A stretch of 64,000 nt of DNA from Eledone cirrhosa (Eukaryota). Every line of letters starts with the position of its first letter. Positions within the stretch are counted from its first letter, which is position 1. The notes beneath the pieces were generated by a model, which saw only the letters and a list, made by a program, of their open reading frames with translations, ran no database searches and was not told the DNA's origin. The stretch lies in the NCBI GenBank assembly GCA_964016885.1, contig OZ024742.1, forward strand, positions 336,164,001-336,228,000, given 5' to 3'. Below, one piece after another: positions 54,838-64,000 of this stretch. The translations under genes and the position numbers were made by a program.

Positions 54838-55075
54838 TATATATACATGCAGGCGCGTACATACACAAACACGAATATATGTAGACACCTGAATGCCCAG
54901 ATTCACGCACATGTAGGCAATATAAACACATATACACCACTCATTTATAGATAAACAAAACTGTTCTTTTTGTACAGGTCCCTACATGTCTATTTCATTA
55001 TTTTTTTATCGATATCTCCTGCTTCTTTTCTGTGTCTTTATTCATTCATGTATGCGTACACATAAGCGTGTGTAA

Positions 55076-55183
<108 letters not shown>

Positions 55184-55486
55184 GTATTCGTACATATTTG
55201 CTTGTGTGTATATGTAAGTGTGTGTATTTATGTAAATAGTGTGTACGCAGTCATACGTCTATGCATTTGTATACAAATGGCGTATCCATATTTGAATTCT
55301 CAACTGCTCCAGTTGTGTGAACAGATCTATGAACAACTGGTTAAGCCCCGAGGGCAGTGTATAAATAAGAAGAAGGGTGTATATATTGCGGTCCTTACTT
55401 TATATAATTAATGGTATAGGAGGGAGGCTTATTTGGGGTGATCAGAAGCTAGAAAACATTATAACGGTCATTATGGCCATATTGCT

Positions 55487-55529
<43 letters not shown>

Positions 55530-55539
55530 TGGATTATGA

Positions 55540-55748
55540 TACTGGTCGTTAGAGCGTCGGCCAACATGCTTTGCAGCATATAGTTACGGCCCTTTATGTT
55601 CTGAGTTCTTATCCCACCGAGGTTAGTTTTGCCTTTCATGCTTATGGGGTCGATAAAATAAGGGACCAGTAATGCACTGGCGTCGATTTAATCGACTTTC
55701 CACTCTCCCCAAATTGCTGGCCTTGTGCCTATAGTAGAAATCATTATT
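55540..55748 (+). mobile_element. SINE family A
   Basis: family consensus. Confidence 0.85.
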
Positions 55749-56690
55749 AGTATGCTCTTAGTGTGGATAATCATAGAAATAATGATAATGATGATGATGA
55801 TGATGATGATGATGACGATGATTATGATGATAATGATGATGGTTATGGTAATAACAGTGAAGATGACAATAGTTAGATTGCTGGGAATTTATGATAGAGA
55901 TTTTCATTATAGTGATGTTATCATTTTGAAGAAATGATTCTACAATGGAGGAGCTTGACTGCTCTCTTCCTTTAGGCGCCGACTATCTGTTTTCCTCCGT
56001 AAAATCGGAAAGACATTATCCCGTCTATAGATGAAACCCCGTGGGGAGGGTGTCGCTGGCAATTCTCCGTGAATTGCACGTATATAAACGAATATAGCAT
56101 TTCGATGTTATTCTTACCTTTCTGTAAACAAAATGTAACTCAAGTGAAATTGGTTTAAACCAGCGAAACATTGTCAAAGATTAAAAATATCTATTGCATA
56201 TTTTTGCATCGGTCCTTTACGTTCTGACTTCAAATTCTGCCGAAGTCAACTTAGTTTTTCATCATTTCGGCACAGATAAAATAAATCACCAGTCAAGTAC
56301 TGTCCTTGGTTTAATATACTTCTCTCTCTATCCATAGTTGCTAGCCTTGTGTCTAAAGTAGAAACAATTATTATTCTTGCTGATGTTGTAGTTGTGCAAA
56401 TTTTGAACTGTACGGACACCATTTGTGTGGTTGAATTAAAGATTTGAGCCAGCTTAAAAGAAAAGAGAGCAAATGGGGGATATATGCCGTGAATGACAGT
56501 AACTCCTTGTGCGATGAATTTAGCCAGGAAAGGATGAAGAGAAAGATGATATACCCCTGGTTTTAAACAAAACAGAGGTTTTCTATATGCTCAGAAAAAA
56601 TATGAGTTAGAGGCTGCCCTAGACAATGTGTGGCATGATATTTGCTCCATCGACTGAGGTAGGGCAAATATAGCCGTGTTTGGTCTTTAA

Positions 56691-57120
56691 CCTTTTTAAT
56701 AAAAATGGCTTGAGATCACCTTTAGTTTATTTTAAAAAAGTTTATACTTATATTAAATCCTTCCATCATAATTCTATTTAGAAAACACTTGTTAAATAAT
56801 GTTCTAATTATCAACTTATTACTGAAAAAGTCAGATATTTTATTAAATTCCTCCTAATATCAGACCTGTCAACTATCCCCGTCCGAAGGGTAGATCTCCC
56901 ACCCACTTTGGGGTGGGTGAGAGATATCTTCTCTTGTGAAAATGGGTATAGCTTTCATTATGTAAAATTAGGACATTTTGCCTCATTTCTCCATTTTTGA
57001 GACACATTTTTTTCATGGTAAACTCTGTTTGGGTTTTTAGAGGTTGGCAGGTCTGATTATTTGAAAATCAATTAAAACCCATAGACAGTGTAGTTCATTA
57101 GAAATATTGTAACGAAAGGG
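56691..57120. mobile_element. piggyBac-like MITE hosting a nested MITE
   Basis: TTAA|ccttt ... aaaggg|TTAA termini. Confidence 0.5.
56861..57055 (+). mobile_element. CAGACCTGCCAAC-type MITE
   Basis: cagacctgtcaac...gttggcaggtctg. Confidence 0.85.
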
Positions 57121-57279
57121 TTAACAATGAGAATTTGGCATGTGGCATACAGCTGGTACGCCACAAAGTTGCCTACCTCTTGACGGGGGCTTCTGTTAAC
57201 ACGGATATTGACTCTTAACATTTTATACTGCGCATGAAATGTCAAGAGTACTCATAACAACATTAGGTCGTGAGTTTCA

Positions 57280-57473
57280 CAGACCTGCCAGCCTCTAAAA
57301 ACCCAAACGGGGAGTATCTTAAAAAAAGTGCCCCAAAACGGGGAGACATGAGGCAAAATGAAGAGATTTTACATAAAGAAAGCTATACCTATTTTGACAA
57401 GAGAAGACATCTTTCACCCACCCCAAAGGCTATTGCAAATCTCCCCGTCGGACGGAGAGAGTCGACAGGTCTG
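57280..57473 (-). mobile_element. CAGACCTGCCAAC-type MITE, opposite orientation
   Basis: cagacctgccagc...gtcgacaggtctg; gtttca on both sides. Confidence 0.85.
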
Positions 57474-57847
57474 GTTTCATGTTCCGACGGTTCCCGAAAG
57501 CCTTGTCGATTATTTAAATGCTTCTTTACACAATCCAAGTCGTCTACTAACAATGCTACACTGCTGTTTTGCTTTAAGATAAGACTGTTCCATAGGTTTG
57601 TGAGTGATTTTGCAAGTTGGTGTGTTCTTAGATATAAGTATTGTTGTGTAGGTATTTGTGTTTATACAATTGTACTTGTATTAGTGTAACGGGCACATAT
57701 GGGACTTAGTATACAAACATATGCTTGCCTACATTTATATATGCATATGCATATGTATGTATGAATGTAGGAGTGTATGTATATGTTCATATATGAATAT
57801 ATATATGGATGCATATATACCTGTTTTTATGCATGCCTATATGTATG

Positions 57848-57929
<82 letters not shown>

Positions 57930-58267
57930 TTTGAGTATGCATGTTTGTTTGTATGTCATTATGTAAGCATTCATGTGAGACCTGCCGATAGACTTGTCAA
58001 TATACATTACCATCTGCTTGAAAGACTTAATCAGCAGTTTTCTCTCTTTTCACACAATGCGCTGAAGTGGAACTAATCTCCCCTGGGAGTGAGAGCAAAG
58101 CAATACAACATATTAGAATTAGATAGTGATGAGAAATCCTATTTGTTCTTGTTTGTTTGGACTCACAAATCTATACAATATATTTATATTATAATATATT
58201 ATATTATATTAGATTATGTTATATTATATTAGATTATGTTATATTATGTTATATTATGTTATATTAT

Positions 58268-58457
58268 GGGCGTTGGATTGGCAGTATCGGTAGAGGGTCG
58301 GACGCTTTGATTTGCAGCACAGAGTTACGCCTCTTTATGATCTGAGTTCAAATCCCGCCAACGTTAACTTTGCCTTTCATCCTTACGGGGTCGATAAAAT
58401 AAAGTACCAGTAATGCATTGGTGAATTGCTGCCCTTGTACCAAAAGTAGAAACAATT
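58268..58457 (+). mobile_element. SINE family A within (ATATT)n
   Basis: family consensus. Confidence 0.88.
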
Positions 58458-58577
58458 ATATTATATTATATTGTGTTATGTTATATTATATTTTATTATA
58501 TTATATATTGTTATTATATGTATAGCGTTATATTATATTGTGTTATTCTATTTTATATGCTATCAAATTATATTGTA

Positions 58578-58855
58578 TAATGACCGAAAGAATACGATCC
58601 AGAATAAAAGCGGCCGAAATGGGGTTCGTCCGAATGGTCTTTGGGGTAACGTTCCTTGATAGAGTACCTAGCTCGGAGATCAGGGAACCGCTCCAGGTAG
58701 AGCTGCTACTTCTCCGAACAGAGAGATCACAGTCCCGGACATGTGGTCAGAATATCTCAGGAAAGAATCACTGAACAGATATTTTACGCCCAAACTCGGC
58801 CTGGGGGAAGACCCAGGGGTAGACTTCGAGTAAGTTAGTTAGACAACATTCATGA
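58578..58855 (+). mobile_element. Expander/Rex3-like RTE 3' fragment
   Basis: MTERIRSRIKAAEMGFVR..DRVPSSEIRE.LQVE.LLLR.ERSQ. Confidence 0.75.
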
Positions 58856-59504
58856 GCTGTATTTATAAAACGTAGAATTGCCACGGGCTCCTCTAGTTAT
58901 GAATTTTATCAAATTATTTTATAAAAAAATTGGAAGAGTGGTGGATTAAATGTTCTGAGTTCAAATCATAGGTCCATAAAATGAAGTATTAATTGAAGTT
59001 TGGTGGTTGTTTCATTCCACCTTTTTCTTCCCTAATAAAACTGAGATCTTCTGACGATGTTACAAATTATTATTATTTAATCGTTTTAACAAGACTTTTT
59101 CTGCTGTCAACCTCATCTGTCCGGCCAGAAACCTGTGCACCACTCCGCGGAACACAAAGAGGTGGAAGATGGACCAAGCATTGATTTAACGATCCCTTTC
59201 GGTTCCGGAACTGCCGTTTTCTTCCACCTCATCAGGATGAAAGCTTCACACCTGAGCCCCGCGAAGTGGTGAAATGGAAGTTTGATACAGCAAAGATAGC
59301 TGGTTGTTTTCTACCCGCAACGCTCTCGCCATTTTGTCTGTGAGGTGTAGTTGAAATACTCAGTCTCGCTAAAGAAGTATCGTTTTTCCCTTCCCCATTT
59401 CTTCCGTTTTGCTTTCTTTTTTTTTTTTGCCGTATTTTTTTAATTTGTGTTACTGGGGTATAATAAATTTGATTTGTAACTTTTATTGTTAAAAACAACT
59501 CAAT

Positions 59505-59562
59505 GACTGATTAAATATGTCTATTCTCATTGTTCTTTTCTTATTTCTAATTTTAGGTAAGT
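59505..59562 (+). promoter_or_regulatory. 3' splice site fused to consensus 5' splice site (ttttag|gtaagt), candidate recursive splice site
   Basis: CTGAT branch-point-like motif 59507-59511; pyrimidine tract; no AG from ~59378 to 59555; GTAAGT at 59557. Confidence 0.6.
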
Positions 59563-59930
59563 TATATTACTTTATCGAAATACAATTTAACAATTTGGGG
59601 AGAGGAAAAATTGAATTAGATGGAGAAAAAAACCATTTGTAAAAGAAACGAAAATCAAACAGGTATTTAAACGATGATTATATTATGGCTATCTTAATTA
59701 CTTGTTTTCGTGTGATCTACTGCATTGCTAAGTGAACGTCTGTGTTCCTCGCGTGTCTGCAGTTTTGGGGGTTTTTTTAGAGGAGGATTTGGAAGGAGAG
59801 AAGTAAGGAAATGTTCGTGCGTGTTACATCTAATTTTCTGTGGTGTTGTGTTATATCTTTTGTTGTTTCTATTAGTACTTTTAATATCTCGTCAATTTAT
59901 TGTGTTTTGTTGTAGTATTAGATGGCTGGT

Positions 59931-60757
59931 GTGTAGATTATGTGTTGTGTGGGTCATATTTTAGTATTGATATGTGATTGTGTAGATTATGTGTTGTGTG
60001 GTTTGTGATGTAGTACTGTGAGGTGGTTGTGTAGATTATGTGTTGTGTGGGTCATATTTTAGTATTGATATGTGATTGTGTAGATTATGTGTTGTGTGGT
60101 TTGTGATGTAGTACTGTGAGGTGGTTGTGTAGATTATGTGTTGTGTGGGTCATATTTTAGTATTGATATGTGATTGTGTAGATTATGTGTTGTGTGGTTT
60201 GTGATGTAGTACTGTGAGGTGGTTGTGTAGATTATGTGTTGTGTGGTTTATGATGTAGTACTGTGAGGTGGCTGTGTAGACTATGTGTTGTGTAGTTTGT
60301 GATGTAGTACTGTGAGGTGGTTGTGTAGATTATGTGTTGTGTAGTTTGTGATGTAGTACTGTGAGGTGGTTGTGTAGATTATGTGTTGTGTGGTTTGTGA
60401 TGTAGTACTGTGAAGTGGTTGTGTGGATTATGTGTTGTGTAGTTTGTGATATAGTACTGTGAGGTGGCTGTGTAGATTATGTGTTGTGTGGTTTGGTATA
60501 TAGTACTGTGAGGTGGTTGTGTAGATTATGTGTTGTGTGGTTTGTGATATAGTACTGTGAGGTGGTTGTGTAGATTATGTGTTGTGTGGTTTGTGATATA
60601 GTACTGTGAGGTGGTTGTGAAGATTATGTGTTGTGTGGTTTGTGATATAGTACTGTGGGGTGGTTGTGTAGATTATGTGTTGAGTGGTTTGTGATATAGT
60701 ACTGTGAGGTGGTTGTGTAGATTATGTGTTGTGTAGTTTGTGATATAGTACTGTGAG
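59931..60757. repeat. 49-bp minisatellite; A/B dimer at the 5' end, monomer thereafter
   Basis: gtgtagattatgtgttgtgtgg recurs every 49 nt. Confidence 0.95.
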
Positions 60758-61205
60758 ATGTTTACTCAGAACCTGTGTTAATTCTGATATTTCATTAAGT
60801 TTTGATGTTGTAGAACCTGTTGTATCGGTAGATGTTTATATAGAATGTGTTGCGTAGCTTGTATTATTTTATTATGGTGTCATGGTGAAGAATATGTTAT
60901 ATATTGTGTTATTTTATTTTGTGGATGTTGTGTAAATTGTGTTATTTTGGAGGGAGATGGCTGTGTTTTCTATACGTTGTTCAGGTTGTGTTTTTATAAG
61001 CGTATAAAACTTTTGCTCTGTGAGTTGTGCCACTGAATAGAAAGTATGTTATGTAACATGTAAGATGAGTCTAATAGGTGTATTTCTTGGACTGGATTTT
61101 GTGTTAATTGTGAGTCCAGGTTACTTTATTTTTAAATGTTTTTGTCCATTTCGTTTATTATAAGCAATGCAACGATTATTGTTGCTATTATCTAAACTCT
61201 TATTA

Positions 61206-61400
61206 GGGCAGTGGATTGACAGTATCAGGAGAGCGTTGGACAACATGCCTTACATATAGTTACATCACTTTACATTCCCAGATCAAATCCCGCTAAGATT
61301 AGCTTTGCCTTTTATCCTAACAGGGTCGATAAAATAAAGTACCAGTAAAGCACTGGAGTCGATTTAATTATTGGTTCTGTGCCTAAATCAGAAATCATTA
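61206..61400 (+). mobile_element. SINE family A
   Basis: family consensus; degenerate attatcta.. TSD. Confidence 0.8.
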
Positions 61401-61777
61401 TCTATGCTCGTATGTCGTACATATTTCTTATTTCCATTTCAGAGTCATAAGACTTTGTTATGTATTCACAATTATACTTTGGTAGTTCTTCTCCCCATAG
61501 ATTATGGTATTCTGGCGTTCACCATGATATTTTTATCAGTCTGAATAGGTGTATCCCTAATTATGACAGCTATGACATTATCATACTTCGAGTTTTAGAG
61601 TATCTTTATATAACTTACTCTCAGTTACCATATCAATTTTGGCATGTTGCTTCAACAGATATAACTACTACATAACCAGTCATATCTTGTCTTTTCAAAG
61701 ACTGAATAGCCAGAGATGATGTGGAAATATTTTCTATCAGTGTATACGCTAGTTACATATTACTTAGCTTGTGTGGA

Positions 61778-62060
61778 CGCAGACATGGTTAAGTGATAAA
61801 GGAACCCCTTCGCAATCATAAGGTCCCTAATTCGATCCTACTGCATGGAATCGACCGAAGCTTTGTGAATAAAATTGGGTAGACAGAGAGATTGTACATG
61901 TAATTTAAAGATCCAGCCTTGTCACATATCAAGTCACGCTGATTCCTCTTGAGATTTACGTTGAGGATAATACGCGTGCCTGTGAAATACTCAGCGACTA
62001 GCACGAATTGGACGTTCAGTTGATCAAATTACTGAAAACATAACGCTGAAACAGATGAAG
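61778..62060 (+). mobile_element. SINE family B, decayed
   Basis: similar to 52621-52935. Confidence 0.6.
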
Positions 62061-62546
62061 GATACATTATCAGCTCATGTTAAGCTTTTGTTTTATTATC
62101 AGAGCGTTGGATGTCATAATCGGTAGAGCGACGGACAACATGACATGCAACATTTAATTAACTCTTTGTATATACTTCATTTTAACTTTCAGCGTTGCTG
62201 GATCGATAAATCGAAGTATCTTTCTAGTACTGGGAGTCGATTACACTGTGTAGCTTTGTGTATGTGCTATAAATCATTACTATTATGACTGAGAAACGTA
62301 ACTTGTTAGCAGAAGCGGTAGAGCGCCTAACAATATCTCTTAAGTGACTCTTTTGTTCTGGATTCATATCAGAGTCACTTCTGCTTTTCATCTTTCCGGA
62401 ATCGATAAGATAATCACAATTCATATAATGGGATCGATATAATAAAGTATGAAATAACTCCCATATATATTATCTTATTCCAAAGTAAAAAACAAAAAAA
62501 AGAATCATAGTCATTAACATTATTAAAATTATCGTTGTTATATATA

Positions 62547-63714
62547 CTAGCAGTGTATCCCGGCGTTGCACGGGTAAGAACATTGGTAACAGCACCTCCA
62601 ATGAGAAACGTTTATTTGTGAGTGCCTGTTAAAAACTCACGAAAATATACCGACAGGAAACTTGTTTTATTTGGAGAAAATTAAGAAGTTGAAAGTACAG
62701 TTTAGCTATCTACGTGCATTGTTCATAGAAATATTGTTGAGCCCCTTCTTTTCATACTCCTCTGTTTTGGCCTATTGGAGTAAATGTGAAAGAGAAAGTC
62801 ACATGTTACGTTGGCAGAAGGTTCCAGTGTCATAGCAGTAAGGCGTAGGCTACTGACCTCAAAAGTTTACTCGCACTCTTTCTACTAAGTTACTCTTTCT
62901 CTCTATCCCTCTCGGTGCAGTCCCTTGCGAATTTCTCGCGTAGGCCTGGTGTATATTTGCACCCGATCCATCTACCCGATGAACATGTCCGCTTTGTACG
63001 GCTTTTGGAGGAAGGAGTGACCAGCAGTACGTTGCTCGGTATTATTACGAAAAGGTGTAGCAGAGAATCCCGCGTGAACTAATGCTCGGGGGGAAACTGC
63101 TTACTTCCAAGATTCCTTTGCTATCGTTCTTGTCAACGCTACATTTAGTTGGTATTTGTTGGTCTACAGTTAGATGAATAGCGCACAAAGGGTTAATGTT
63201 TATTGGCAAGAAGTGCAACTAGGCTGGCTTGCCTCGCTTATATTATATATTAAAATAACAGATTAAAGTTTAAGCAAAGAATCGCTGCTTTCACCCTTAA
63301 CGGGATCTTCTGAAACTAAAAAAAATCAATCTGTGAACGCAGAAGTAAATATATCGAAAAACGTTGCAACCGAAGGAAAACAGGAAGACGATACTTTGGT
63401 TCGTGAAGACGTTCCCTGGCATGGAACGGAAAATAACAAACATAATACGTCATCAATGTTTGTCAGAATGTCGTAATTTAGACAGTCAGGCACACAGACA
63501 GATATTATAAGGGAGCAACGGAGATGGATAACCGGCGCCTAACACCCCTTTAACAACAGAAAATTGACAAATGAAAGCTGCAGTTAATATCTTTAGACCA
63601 CAAGGAATATATAAATGCAAGTTTGGAGTCAATCGGAGTAAAATGTGGATTTGTATAGACTTTGCAAAAATGAGGACACACACAGACAACAACAGTTTTT
63701 TTTATATATATAGA
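62547..63714 (-). mobile_element. non-autonomous Helitron
   Basis: rc: A|TCtatatatataaaa.. 5' end; cccgtgcaacgccggg hairpin and CTAG|T; shares ~170 bp with 38012-38180. Confidence 0.85.
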
Positions 63715-63756
63715 TAATCCTCATCGCTATTATTATTATTTATGATAGTGGGACAG

Positions 63757-63982
63757 GTTGGTGGATTGGCAGTATCGGTAGACAGTCGGACAACATGCTT
63801 TGCAGCATAGAGTTACGATCCTTGACGGTCTGAGTTCAAATCCCGCCGCCGAGGTTAACTTTGCCTTTCATCCTTACGGGGTCGATAAAATAAAGTACCA
63901 GTCACGCACTGGGATCGATTTAATCGACTTTTCCTTCCCCCAAAATTACTATCCTTGTGCCTATATAAGAAACCATTATTAT
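63757..63982 (+). mobile_element. SINE family A
   Basis: full consensus with attatt tail. Confidence 0.9.
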
Positions 63983-64000
63983 TACTGGAGAGATTTTTAC

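Overview
A eukaryotic, AT-rich, repeat-saturated window, most likely from an octopus or other coleoid cephalopod. This is inferred from the tRNA-derived SINE families, the RTE/Helitron content and the extreme (TA)n/(CA)n density. I can support no host protein-coding exon; the long low-complexity ORFs are micro- and minisatellite translations. Mobile elements present: a near full-length but frameshifted RTE LINE, a 5'-inverted RTE, a decayed Expander/Rex3-like RTE, a young 5'-truncated Tx1-clade LINE in (TCTA)n, CR1 and CRE-clade remnants, a complete mariner with 64-bp TIRs, one RepHel Helitron remnant, two non-autonomous Helitrons, MITEs and about 20 SINEs. Three signals deserve follow-up. (1) Two same-strand polypyrimidine-YAG|GTAAG sites with long AG-free zones, 54 kb apart, are candidate recursive splice sites in a very long + strand intron. 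(2) A family of minimal hammerhead-ribozyme-like motifs has a variant CCGAAGA core and covarying stems. (3) About a dozen fold-back (inverted-repeat) units sit in or beside (TA)n, several carrying hammerhead-like cores, probably derived from Penelope-like elements.
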